Shown piece after piece: positions 47,221-59,116 of a stretch of DNA of 64,000 nucleotides. Below the pieces are notes generated by a model. That model was not told the origin of the DNA, did not search any database, and saw only the letters and a list, made by a program, of their open reading frames with translations. This stretch comes from Ramazzottius varieornatus. Lineage: Eukaryota; Animalia; Tardigrada. The stretch lies in contig BDGG01000014.1 in assembly GCA_001949185.1 (NCBI GenBank), positions 465,378 through 529,377 of the forward strand. The letters are read 5' to 3'. The first letter of the stretch is position 1. Each line of letters starts with the position of its first letter. The position numbers and the translations under genes are program-made.

Positions 47221-48375
47221 TCATTTGAGATGCTTCAGCAGGCAGCGCCAAGGTTTCATGACGAAATCCAAGGACGATCGCGACATTTCTCTGACTTGCT
47301 TCCGCAACAATGGCACCGTCACAATAAATATGATGGGATCCAGACATGTCGAGCAAGCCATCCAGGAAGTCATTGCAAAGTATGTTGCGTCGGTGAAGAT
47401 GACACTGTTGGGAAACATGACCTCCCCCAGGCCAAACAGTACAATCGGTGTCCAGAAAACTACCGCACAAAGGACGATGGAAGTCAACACTAAAAACGCA
47501 TTAGAGTGCTGTTTCTGCTTTGATCGTTTCTCCTCCATCTGCTGCTGTTGGACAAACTTTTTGAACCGTTCCTCGTCATCTTGTCCAAGGTCACCTCTAG
47601 ATTCATGACTGATTGATGTACTTGTCCTTCGCGTTTGGTTGGGTACAGGTCCCAATGTAGCACCAACAGCCGACATGGCGTGAACACTTTTCATTCCCAA
47701 CTGATTCCGTATACGCTGCCGCGCTAACTGCTTCCGTCGCAGCAAAGGATAGCTGGTGATTATAAACGCTGTTGGTGAGACGAATAATAACATGATAATT
47801 GTCGAGTAAGTGTGCTGAGACGTCATGCGAACCCGACACACGTAAACAGGTCCTGCGCTGTCGAGAAACTGTTCGTTCATAATGACCCATGGAAGAATCA
47901 TGGTCACGGTGGCGAACCAGACAGAACCACAGAGAAAAAAGGTAACGCCTGTGGTATTATGCGTGCGAAAGTGGTGCGGAAAGTAGAGGGCCCAGGTGCG
48001 ATTGGCGGCAATGAGGAAATGAGCATTGCCGACGATGCCTTCACCGCAGAAGTAAATGAAGAGGAACAAGGTACAAGAGTGTTTGTTGAAGATCCAGTGG
48101 CCGTAATAGTGCTGGATGGCCAGGGATAACACGTAGAAGGATAATATAACTTGAGCGATGACGATACTGATCAAGTAATAGTTGAAGCGTGTTCGGAGGG
48201 CCGGAATAGACGCAAAGGCGACGAGGCAAAGCGAAGAACCCGCAAATATGATCAGCGCTTGCAGTGAGGCCGTCACAGTTTCCGGAAGGTTTGATGAAAA
48301 AGGTACTGCCGGGTGAGACAAATTCCACAAAGGGAGCATTGTATCGTTGTGGGCGAAGACTGAGCCGTCCATCAT
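47221..48375 (-). CDS. Intronless rhodopsin-like orphan GPCR, subfamily B (paralog of 32926)
   Basis: Seven TM segments. PALRTRFNYYLISI, EGIVGNAHFLI.ANRTWALYFPHH, FWTP and LDPIIFIVTVPLLR are shared with 32926. Likely start MMDG at 48375. Confidence 0.88.
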   Translation of the reverse strand: MMDGSVFAHNDTMLPLWNLSHPAVPFSSNLPETVTASLQALIIFAGSSLCLVAFASIPALRTRFNYYLISIVIAQVILSFYVLSLAIQHYYGHWIFNKHSCTLFLFIYFCGEGIVGNAHFLIAANRTWALYFPHHFRTHNTTGVTFFLCGSVWFATVTMILPWVIMNEQFLDSAGPVYVCRVRMTSQHTYSTIIMLLFVSPTAFIITSYPLLRRKQLARQRIRNQLGMKSVHAMSAVGATLGPVPNQTRRTSTSISHESRGDLGQDDEERFKKFVQQQQMEEKRSKQKQHSNAFLVLTSIVLCAVVFWTPIVLFGLGEVMFPNSVIFTDATYFAMTSWMACSTCLDPIIFIVTVPLLRKQVREMSRSSLDFVMKPWRCLLKHLK

Positions 48376-49128
48376 ACCAGAATGGAAGGCAACGAATCGA
48401 ATTCGGCGCCGGCCCTGAAAGTTCCAGGTAGGAAACAAAATGAATGATCTATCGCTTTTGCGTCCCGCACCACTAAGCTTAGGGTGCACCCGTTTATCGA
48501 AAAAGATGAGCAAAATGGTTTGACATTGACCGAAACTGGCTGTACAACAGTGGCACGCGAGGGACACGTCGTCCAGACGGAATCTTACATTTCTGTCAAT
48601 CCCCGTCGATAAAAAGCCCGCCGACAGAAGATGCGATGAATTTTCAAGAAAAGACGCCGTCAACACGCACACTGCGACCGTCTTCTGGTCCATAGCGATT
48701 TTCCGCAGGATTGGATGTCTTAGACTACTCCCTTCGAGCAAAGGCATCATTTCATGCCGTTCGCATACTCCGCTTACCCTTATCAAGGCTTTATTCTCTG
48801 CAATCTTGTGCCCATCTGCACAGCTTTTTTGTGGGAAATTTGATCGCTACTCCGAAACGACTAATAACAGTCTTGACCTTACTAGGCTACACTGCGAAAA
48901 CAGGAACCACAGATTGGACAAGTAGTGCAGGACAAATCAATACTCTTTGAAGTCTATCAAATTGCCAGGCACTCCACAAGTTAATACCGTACCGACACTC
49001 CCCACATTTTACGCTGTAACAGAAGCACAATGCTCTGCGGTTATTAGATACACTACGCTAAAAGAAACCATACGATAAGGAAGGAATATCTCGCGTTTTC
49101 AAGTACTAAGAAGATAAAAAAAGATCAA

Positions 49129-49338
49129 TACTTTAAAGTGCCAATGATGCGGGACAGGTTTGGGTCCGGGTGCGTGTAAAAAGACCGCGCGGATGGTGGG
49201 TGAAATATCTGGTCAACGTGTGTATCGATCAGCTGATCGCTGCGACATGACACATAACAGCCAACACGGCGCGTACCGGGGGGATTCTTTACGCGGACCC
49301 GGGCCAATCTTGTCCCACTTCCTCGGCACTTTAAAGTA
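49129..49338. mobile_element. Small MITE with ~50 bp imperfect TIRs
   Basis: TACTTTAAAGTGCC...GGGACAGGTTTGGGTCCGGGT is mirrored by ACCCGGGCCAATCTTGTCCC...GGCACTTTAAAGTA. TTAA/AG termini would fit Kolobok-type (tentative). Confidence 0.65.
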
Positions 49339-49429
49339 CTGGTCCTAAACCATCACAACAAACGTAACAAGAAATTACAGCAACCGGTTCCGAGAGACTA
49401 ACAGGAATATTTCTGAACAAGAAACCAGG

Positions 49430-52400
49430 TCAGAAATCAGCGTCCGTTGTGAAGACAAAGTTATCTTCCCGTCTATGCATCACATTCGATCGTTGGTACT
49501 CCCCAACTCGCCGCTCGAAGAAATTGGACTTTCCTTCCAAGGAAATGTGTTCCATAAAGTCGAATGGATTTTCGACGTTGTGAACCTGTATCAAAATCGA
49601 AATACAAAATCAATTAGGAATGGTTTTTTCGACCAGTTTGATGAAATGGAAGAACAGCTCTTACCTTGGGTACGCCGAGTTCGCCGAGTAGTCGATCAGC
49701 CACGAACTGAATGTAGCGCGTCATCAGCACATCGTTCATACCGATCAGCCTCACCGGTAAGGCTACCGTGAGGAACTCGGTTTCGATTTTCACCGCGTCG
49801 CTGATGATTTCGATTATACGTTCGCGCGACGGTGGGTACTTCAAGTGTCGGAATATCAGACAGGCAAAGTCGCAGTGAAGACCCTATATTCCATCGAAAA
49901 TTGATTCGTAATGATAGCCAACCCGAGAATCAAACCACAGAAGAAATACAGCTTGGCAAAAAACCGACACGCTCGCCGTTCCAAGTGGCGCATGCATGCA
50001 GCCAGTTACACTGGAGGCGTGCACCACTGGGACAAACTAGACAAGATTATCATCATAGATGGCGCACGCTTCCAGCCAATATCACTGCAAACGTGCGCCA
50101 CCTGGGGGAAACGATGTGGTCGCGTTTGTTTGCCGAGCTCCGCAATATTACCTCGTCGCGACTTATCAGTTCGTTGCTGTAGGTCAAGCCTGGCATGAGC
50201 CCTCGTTTCTTGAGCCAGAATATGGCCGCGAAGGACCCACTGAAAAAGATGCCCTCAACCGCGGCGAACGCGACGACTCGTTCGCCAAAAGATGCTTCAC
50301 TATTCGAGATCCACCGAAGCGCCCAATCCGCTTTCTTCTTCACACTCGGCATGGTTTCAACTGCGTTGAACAGGAACTCTCTACAGTAGAACGGAGGTTA
50401 AAAAAGAAATTCGGACGGAGACCAAGGAGCTGGTTACCTGTCAGACGGGTCTTTGATGTACGTGTCGATCAGCAAGCTGTACATTTCCGAATGGACATTC
50501 TCCATGGCGATCTGGAAGCCGTAGAATGAGCGGGCTTCAGGTATCTGGACTTCTTGCGAGAACCGCTCGGTTAAGTTTTCGTTGACGATGCCGTCGCTAG
50601 CGGCGAAGAAGGCCAGGATTGTACTGACGAAGAGCTGTTCTTCGTCATTCAGGCTGTTCCAGTCTTCCATGTCTTTGGCCAGGTCTACTTCTTCCACGGT
50701 CCAGAAGGAGGCCGTTGCTTTCTTGTACATCTGCAAAACCCAACAGGAAATCGGCGGGTGCAAAAAACTAACAACGTTTGAAATCACATTCTCGGTTCAC
50801 TTCGAAAAGGGCGGCATATCACAAAATTCCCACCCCAGATGAGGGTCAACCAAGCGCGAGCCGGACACCTTAAATCTCGTCTCCCAAAGTATGTGGCCGC
50901 AGAAGTCTCCCCAATATCTCGTCTCCCAGCTAGGGGTGTCACCTTTTTCTGTCTCCTAGACGCCCTTTTTACCTTGTCGCCCAGAAAAAATCGTCTTGCC
51001 GTTGGGAGACGAGAGTACTGTCCGCAGGCCTGCACTAGCGCTCGGCCCTAGGGTGTCGCGCCTAATATCGTATATCAAACCAAACCATTTAAAATAAAAT
51101 TTAAAAAATTCTAACAAGCAGTCAAGCATTCAAATTGCTCCTCGAGTTAAGAAAAGTATTCGAAAAGCGAAACGTTTTCTCGATTCACATTGAGGCAAGG
51201 CACGCCCTTACTGTTGCATTGGACAACGAGTAAAATTTAAAACATAATATTACAGAAACTAGAAAGATACTACTGCAACAACTGCCGGCCGGTGGCCGGA
51301 AGAATTTTAGCATTTTCGTCGGAAAAACAGCGGTCTAGCAGGTAAAAATTGCTTTCTACTCGAAAATCCTTGAGAATATGGATATTTCCATACCATCTAG
51401 ACAACAGCTAACACGAAATCCGCTGCCTCAAACAACTTCAAAATTTGTCTCAACAACGTTCTGCTTAACATCGCTAGATTACTGATTCAAGCCATGGATC
51501 TGCTCATTCGATGGAATCTTTAGCAGCTGTTTTTGGATATCGGCTGATACATCTGACAAAGGCATCAGGCTGAGTTCCGATGCTCAAACCAGCACTACAG
51601 GAAGGTTATGTACAGATTGTGCTGTAGATCTACTCGGAAGCTAATTCCTGGAGGATACCGCGAGACACGGAAGTAACGGACGTACTGTACGTCGCTGCGA
51701 TGACATAAACTGCTTTGGTTAAAAGTTTCGATTGATCACAAAATTCTGGGCCAAATATTGAGATGTTTTATCAGGTGGTGCACGAGGAGCTGGACCTAAC
51801 TTTGTCCGCTGGCTGAGACTTTGTACATCGCGTTTACATATACGTCTGAAGTGCCTACGACTAGCTCGTTACGCGGTGCAGAAAGCTTTAGCCAGTGGTC
51901 CAGGTACAGCCCCTCGTACCATCGCTCACGTACAACGCATTCTGGTAGTCCGCTTTGTGCCGCAGTATCAAAACACCTGGTTGGTGAAAAACATGCACTT
52001 AAAGAGCTTACCTAACGGCGTCGACTAAAAGCGAATACTTCCGTATCCCACAGTATATCATGTGTCTTGCAGGCTTTTTCTCTTGAATACGTTCACTGTA
52101 CGAACTGTGGAGGAAGCTTTCTCCTATCGTCCTGTAATATCACAACATTCAGGGGCGTGTAGTAAACTTCACACGTTGACAATATTGAGACGCTGGCAAC
52201 AGAAACGAAGTAAATGGACTCGAAAACAAATCTGCTACACCAATTAGCCGGAGAAGTTGTTTCCGAAGTTCTCTTCGACATTACGGTGGTGACCACCTGG
52301 GTACTAGTGACCACCTGGGTACTAGTGACAGCAAAAATTTGAGTGCACTCAGAAGAAATATTGCTCCAGCTGTACAGAACGGCGATATCAGAAGTGCGGA

Positions 52401-53518
52401 AACGTGGTTTTAAAGCCGATTGGAACAAACGACAGAAACATCGACACCATCGTTCCTGCTCATAAACGGCAAGCGAGTACCTTAGAATAACATTTGCTTG
52501 TCGCTCTTCCAGTGTGTATTACGATCACCGTCTGTTTCAGCCCATCTGGCAATCAATGCTGGGGGACTATGGAGAATAAATCAACTCTGACCCCGCTAAG
52601 CCGGTCCAGTTTCCAGCGGTGGCAGCAGTGGTAGGCACTCTGGACACCATACTGTGTACGAGTTACACGGCCAGCCCTCTGTCAGGTTCACTGCACGTAT
52701 GACCACGATGTCTGTGAGCCCACTGAAATCTCTGAAGTCATGGTAGATTTAGCGGTGACAAGGGAGTTAAGGGCTCACGGCACTGTTGACTGGCGATTCT
52801 ACCTTTTACAGGTCTTTTTGCGAGCGAATAAATTGATATTGCGAACGCTAATTTCATTAAAGACACCCTGAATTATTTTCTGGCACCGTGTTCACCCTGC
52901 CAGAGGCACCTCTCTCGTCTAGGGGGAAAAGGTGGAAATTCCTATGTCAGAAGAGCACTAGGGTGGAAAAAAAGACATCAGAGACACCTCTAGTGCAGGC
53001 GTGACTGTCCGGCGCGCTTTTGGGGTCAACGGCACCACCTCGTTCCTGGTACCCCAATCAAAGCCGTTGATTGAGTTAATAGAAAATTAAATTTATTAGT
53101 GTAAATTCTGGAGAATTCAGAAGTTTTCTTCCTCTGCAGGAATTTTCGGTAAAAAATCCAACTTCTCAGAACTTTCAGTCTACATTTGTAGAATACCAAC
53201 ACGAACCTTCCATATATCGTGATACTGGATGGGATACACGACGAAGCGTCGGGAGTTTTCACGGAGTAAAGGCTCGTCAGTATCGTGATTCTGCTTGGCC
53301 GTAGAAGACTGGGCGCTGTCATCGCTTCGCTCAGAAGTGGAGTCGACTTCTGAGCTGGCCGTTTCGGAGGAATCGGTGGGAAACTCTTCTCGGAAGTCTG
53401 CGTGACTTTTCGTGGTGGAGTTAGAGGAGAAAGTGGATGCTAATCGACAAGCGTATCCAGTACTCTCCGCCGTATCTTTGCAGCCCAGCCTCACCAGGCT
53501 ATCTTCCAGCGTTCCCAT
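49430..53518 (-). CDS. RRM2: Ribonucleoside-diphosphate reductase small subunit (class Ia R2), 5 exons
   Basis: Exons 53518-53207, 50730-50438, 50380-50152, 49883-49665 and 49585-49430 join in frame. [71 protein letters not shown], terminal DADF. Confidence 0.97.
49951..50140. repeat. Intronic double-hairpin repeat (CCAAGTGGCGCAC...GTGCGCCACTTGG family)
   Basis: Two hairpin units in RRM2 intron 3. Related units occur at 57367-57494, 58330-58383 and 58942-59003. Confidence 0.7.
51025..53003. mobile_element. Degenerate hAT transposon (1979 bp) in RRM2 intron 1
   Basis: 14-bp TIR CAGGCCTGCACTAG / CTAGTGCAGGCGTG and perfect 8-bp TSD ACTGTCCG. A faint RWN-type transposase remnant lies near 51505 on the + strand. 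Confidence 0.88.
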
Positions 53519-54198
53519 CTTTCTCTAGAGAGAAGTGCGCAAGATCCAAGGGATTTCGGTCAAGTGAAAGGTACGTTATTGAACGAAAGAGGATGAAATG
53601 AAATTGCAAAACTCGACTGGACGAAGACCAACAATGCACGAGCGCGATGGGAATTCCATCTGTTGTGTCTGATGTAATCCGTATGGTGAGCCATGCGGTT
53701 GTTTCTCGTGGTTGACTGAACATACAGTTTTTCCCTCATCGCCTCACCAAACTGTGTACGGTGGTTCGTGGGCATGGGGAGCTGTGCAGTTCGGTTTTAA
53801 CATTGCTCCTCCGAGGATCACATGGAATCGCGAAATGGTCGAGCTCGCCATCGTTTTGTCTCGTTTTGTACGAACTTATACCACTGTACCTGCGAACCTA
53901 ACTCGGTGATGACGTCAGAGCTTCATCATCTATTGCTCGACCTCCTCGATCTTTCAGGGCAGACTTTGTACACCTTGACGTCATACGTTTTGTATGGGAG
54001 GAATCCCGCAGATGCTTAGCGTTAGCAAAAATACAGCAATTCAATTTTGAAATTGTCGTTTTCTTCCAGAATTTTTCCACATCCTGTGCTATTAACCTGC
54101 TGATCAGAATCCGGTACGAAACTTTGGATTGTAACGAGCGAAAAGTGGCACGGTCTTTTCTCGACCTTACGACGTTTTGCTTTGCAGGAGTCGCAAAA

Positions 54199-54444
54199 AT
54201 GATGCGAGGGATGACATGGAAAAGCCTGAAGGCGAATCCATCGTTGATGCCTCTGTTCTTCTTCGTAGGAGCTGGCTCGTTGATGTGTGCAGCGTACCTC
54301 GTTCGACTTGCCGTCAAACATCCAGAGGTCTCGTGGAGCAGAAAAGACGGAGGACGCCCCTTCGATGCATACGAAGGACGACAGTACAAACTCTTTTCGG
54401 AAACCATCGATTACAAGGATCTTAAACAGCCCGTAAAGATTTGA
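54199..54444 (+). CDS. NDUFA4: Cytochrome c oxidase subunit NDUFA4/COXFA4 (MLRQ/B12D family)
   Basis: 81 aa: NPSLMPLFFFVGAG..AAYLVRLA..PEVSW...QYKL...DY. Preceded by a 5'UTR intron acceptor (TTTGCAG, 54187). Confidence 0.9.
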   Translation: MMRGMTWKSLKANPSLMPLFFFVGAGSLMCAAYLVRLAVKHPEVSWSRKDGGRPFDAYEGRQYKLFSETIDYKDLKQPVKI

Positions 54445-54909
54445 TTGATCGTTTGATATTTCGTGCATTATACCTTGTCGGAAGTACTTGTCTGGTCATC
54501 GTGTGCCGTGCTCCTTTATGGATTACTATACGGAAGAAGTCGTTGTTCACAGGCTCCGGAGCTCGGGAGGGCTCTGTGACTCGTGGGTCCACATTTGTCC
54601 GCTGGAAGACTGATTCTTTCGTACAGCATTAAAGTTTTATTGGCGACACCTCTTCCCGACTTTCACTTCGACAAACTAGCTCGACAAGATTCGTTGTCCA
54701 AATGACTGCGTTTCTAGTAGTATTGGCTGAAAGAGTGCGCTAGTCGGACAAGCGATCTTATCGAGTTTGTTTGCCTTGCTTCCAGGTTTCTTCAACAATT
54801 TTACCCAGTGCAGAAACTCCAGATTCATAGTGAATATTGCACTCGATGTTCTCCTGACTGTACACTGAGACACAAACGGAAGAAAAAGATTGACAGGAAG
54901 GAAGAACCA

Positions 54910-55878
54910 CTATGTGAGTTTCGGAGGGTAGACAAAGGGTTCTTTGAATATATTCTGATTGTAAACGATTGGGGCGCCGTCGTATTTCATAAGCTTCGTA
55001 GCACTTCCCGAATACCATTCATCTTCCCATCGATGGTAATCGTTGGCAACTTGATCGCCATAAAGCGGATCCACTGCGCGAAGCGTTCCCCTCAGGTCCG
55101 GGTCAATGTGATGCCAATATCTGCAAAACCAAAGTCCAGTCTTTTTTGAATGACTGCCAGGTGATCGGACGGCAACAACAAGACTTACACATCGTCGAAT
55201 TTTTTTCCCCATTTCGCCCTCATCACTCCCGACAGTTGGTTGTGATCCGCGTAATTCCTCCAAATCATCCGACTGACTCTCCAACGACCCAGGACAGCCC
55301 GTGGACGACTGGTGACGACACAGCGATCCACGGTACACATGTAAGTACTATCGCGCGGAAGTTTGTTGATGTCCTGTTGAACGTATTGTCGAAATTCAGC
55401 CGGAAGCAAGTTCGTTCGATACAACTGCCGCAAACTACTGCGGATCCTTCCCCACCGATGAACGTACGCTCGCTTCCTGGCATCCTTCAGCTGTCGGAAA
55501 TCGTGGTAGTGATGGTTAAATCGCGGTTGCGAACTGAGGATATGTTCTCTGAAGGGAGGCAGCAGTTTGATATGATTCGATCAATCAACATTCAACAATC
55601 AAAGGTGGTTACCGTGGTATATCGTAGTCCCGAATCCAGTCAACGTGCGGTTGTTTCGTATGCATTCGCTTACAGCCTTTCGAGCCCCATGGTTTGCCGG
55701 TCCTCGGACGTTCATTGTAGGGAATGAAGGAAGGAGCAATCGGTACGACAGGCTTCTTCAAGTCCGGACGTTTGCTGGGTGGCTTCTGCGTCACTGTGCG
55801 GACGGAAGTCGTCCATGGCAAGGCTGTCGCGTTAGTTGGTCGAACAAGACTTGTCAGAACGGATCGTAGTGCATTCAT
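54910..55878 (-). CDS. MRPS14: Mitochondrial ribosomal protein S14 (uS14m) with N- and C-terminal extensions
   Basis: Exons 55878-55613, 55548-55189 and 55120-54910. Core DFRQLKDARKR...LPRDS...RCVVTSRPRAV..RWRVSRMIWR..ADHNQLSGV.RAKW. The third exon is inferred from splice signals. Confidence 0.88.
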
Positions 55879-56387
55879 TCTACCAGAAATCCTCTCTGGA
55901 TCCTACGAGAAACCCTCACACAATCATGCTGGAAGATCGAACGAGAGAAGGATTGTGAATTCTGAGGGAAGAATTCAAAGAAAGGTGGTAGGGAACCATG
56001 CAAACAATAATGGTTAAAGCTTATTTCTTGATTTGATTGAATGGAAAACAACGGATGCTTAAGCATTCCAGCAGCTTGACCACGTTACTGCACCATGCAA
56101 TTGTTATCCTGATTACTGTCTTAGCCACTCAGACCGCCCACTTGGGAGGCCGGGGTTGGTTCGAACCAGTCAAATCACCAGATGGAGAGATGCGACGAAT
56201 CAAACTACTGTCCGTACAACCTTGACGTGTCAGCAAATTACGCTCCGAATGTTTTTCTCCTGCGCGAGTGTGATTCTTTCCGGTCCTGGATCCTGATCTC
56301 TTACTTCTCCTAACCAATCCGCACCCTGTACAGTAGGAGGATCTCTTTGCAGGAATCCAGCCACTGACTGCAAGGAGCTCCGGAAGA

Positions 56388-58624
56388 ATGGACCAGCTTG
56401 GAGAGACGGTGCGGAAGGGATTTGGGAATGTGGTGGACAATCTTGGCAAGGCTGTCCGCGATGCCTTCGCGCAGGCGGAAGGATTGGACATTAAAATCAA
56501 CGGGACGAATATCTCGGCACTGGACGATAGCACGGGCAACCTCACAGCCAATGGCACCGATCCACTGCTGTCTGGGAAGAAAACACCTGCCACATTCGAA
56601 GGTTTGGTCGTAGCATATGTTGCCATGCTCGTCATGGCCCTCGTCCCCATCTACTTTGGCTCGTGGAGATCTGTCCGCTTCCAGAAGCACAGCAAGGTAC
56701 GCCCCATTTTTCTTTTCATAACTTGCTGATCAAGTATACACTCCTGTAGGAAGACGGAAATTTCTAATGATGTCGTGCAGGAATAATGGATTAATATTGG
56801 AATTTCCTGACGAATCAAGTTGATTGTTGATTGATCACTTCCCACCAGTGGTTCTTGGTTGATTGCTGATTGGGTGGTGTTTCTTCTTCCAGACTTTACC
56901 CAAAGATCAGCAGCCGGAGAAGATGTCGGCCAAAGATGCCATGATGTTTCCTCTGATTGCCAGCTGTGCCCTGTTTGGGTTGTACCTTCTTTTCCACGTA
57001 AGCACGGTTCTAACTTGCGTCATGGGGAATTAATTTCCTGAAGGGATGGATCGATAATATCGATTCTGACGTAGTTTTTCGGAAAAGAGTACGTCAACTT
57101 CCTCCTTACCGCTTACTTCTTCGTTCTCGGAGTTTTATCCCTTACCACTTTCCTCAGGTACCGACTATTCCATTCTTTGATCTGATGAAGTGTGTTTGGC
57201 AAATCCATACATATTTTTATGTTTCCAGTCCGTTCATGTCGTTGATACCCGGTGTGCCTAAAGAGCCCACCTACAAAATATCCTTTACAAGCCGAACGGG
57301 TACCGCGGAAACTCGTAAGAGAAATTTCTTTCTAGAGAGAGAGAGTCATCTAAGACCAATGGCAATCAAGAGCCGCCCGCATTTAGTTGATAACACCGAG
57401 AACGTGCGCCCCTTGGGAACTCGACGAGATGGGTGTTACAAGTGGCGCACGCTTTCAGTTGATCACACCGGAAACGTGCGCCACTTGGGGAAACATCGTT
57501 GGCGAAATTGCTTGCCGTGCTCGCTTTCTCTGCGTACGAGGAACTAAAATTATTTTCCTGGCACATTTCAGCATACTTCGATTATGAATTTGGCTACAAG
57601 GACGTCGCGGCTTTTGGTCTGGCCGTCGCTTGTGGAGTTTGGTACATGATGAAGAAGGCAAGAAGCTCCTTGAGTTTCTGATTTCCTTCCTTCGATGCTG
57701 ACAAACATTTTGTGTTTCAGCACTGGATCGCAAACAACCTTTTCGGTCTGGCTTTCTCCCTGAACGCCATTGAGTTCTTGACGCTGAACACTGTTTTAAC
57801 CGGTGTGATTCTCCTCGGCGGTCTCTTCTTCTACGACATCTTCTGGGTCTTTGGCAGCAACGTCATGGTCTTCGTAGCCAAGTCCTTCGAAGCACCCATC
57901 AAACTCATCTTCCCACAAGACCTCCTCGAACTCGGCATGAACGCCAAGAACTTTGCCATGCTGGGCTTGGGTGACATCGTCATTCCGGGCATCTTTGTAG
58001 CTCTCATGCTCCGCTTCGACGTCCAGTAAGTTTGGTCCTCCCAACCGCCATTCTGCTTTGGGTGTACTTATCCTTGTGATATTTTAGTTTGCAGGAAAAG
58101 CTGAAACGAAAGGGATACTTTTACTTCAAGGCGACATTCTTCGCCTACTTCCTCGGACTGGTGTCAACCATCGTCGTCATGCATGTCTTCAAACATGCGC
58201 AGGTAACTTCTGTCCACTTTTTGCTCCGTGTCTGGAAGTCCGGAAAACGAAACGCAAGCGTTTTTATCCTGGCCAAAACCAATGACAACTTGTGTCGCAT
58301 GGGGAGAAAGCAAATCCGCCCGTTTGTTTTTCCAAGTGGCACACTCTCTCTTAGTCAGTAGTCAGGGAAAAGTGCGCCACCTGACATACCTATCTCGCAC
58401 GTTTCGTTTGTTGACTTGAAAGTCTCATCCAGATGAAGTATGTCGATTGAATTTTCCAGCCGGCGTTGCTGTACCTCGTTCCCACTTGTCTGGGTACTCC
58501 AATCCTACTGGCCTTAATTAAGGGGGACTTCAAGGAGATGTTCAAGTACGAAGACCATCCCGTCGACCCTGACGCGATAACGGACAAAGTCAAGACTGAC
58601 AAAATCTTGAAAAAAGAAAACTAA
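56388..58624 (+). CDS. HM13: Signal peptide peptidase (presenilin-type aspartyl protease), ~8 exons
   Basis: AMMFPLIASCALFGLY, HWIANNLFGLAF, catalytic FFYDIFWVFG and LGLGDIVIPG, HAQPALLYLVP, and C-terminal KKEN (KKxx ER retrieval). Confidence 0.96.
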
Positions 58625-59116
58625 ATAGACTTTCGATGAATCTTTCCGTTTTATAGTTTAGAGCTTTTTTCATCCTGACCCTTTCCTCGTGGGCAGGCGC
58701 TACCGATGCAATGCAAGAACGTCCTTTCGGTTGACGAAGAGGAACTTTAAATACTTTTCATCTCTGAAGTACCAGCCGCTGAGCGGCAGTCATTTCCTAT
58801 ACTTTATTATTTTGTAGTTTATCTTTCTGACGAGAACGGCCAGGAAGTGAAACCACGAAAATCTTCTTTTTCCAATTTGTCAAATAGATCGGGACATCGG
58901 CAAACGAGATTACACACAGACGTGACACAGTAAGTTAGATCGTTTTCTCGAGTGGCGCACGTTTTCACTGTTATTGGCTGAGGCGTGCGCAACCTGGGGA
59001 AACAACAATCCAGGTAAATTCATTTGTCGACGTCACAGTTTTTGTGTCTACCACAAAGACATCACAGCTGTAAGACAGCAGAAGTAATAACTGCTCAAAA
59101 CTGCTTCCGGTTGGGG

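Noticed and set aside
13482-48375. GPCRs as opsins
   Set aside because: There is no Lys at the TM7 retinal-binding position (Glu in subfamily A, Ala in B) and no NPxxY or opsin-type motifs.
48376-48786. 137-aa N-terminal extension of the 521-aa GPCR ORF
   Set aside because: It starts at a non-ATG codon, has no counterpart in the paralog, and contains an acceptor-like TTTCAG shortly before the MMDG start. Probably 5'UTR or intron.
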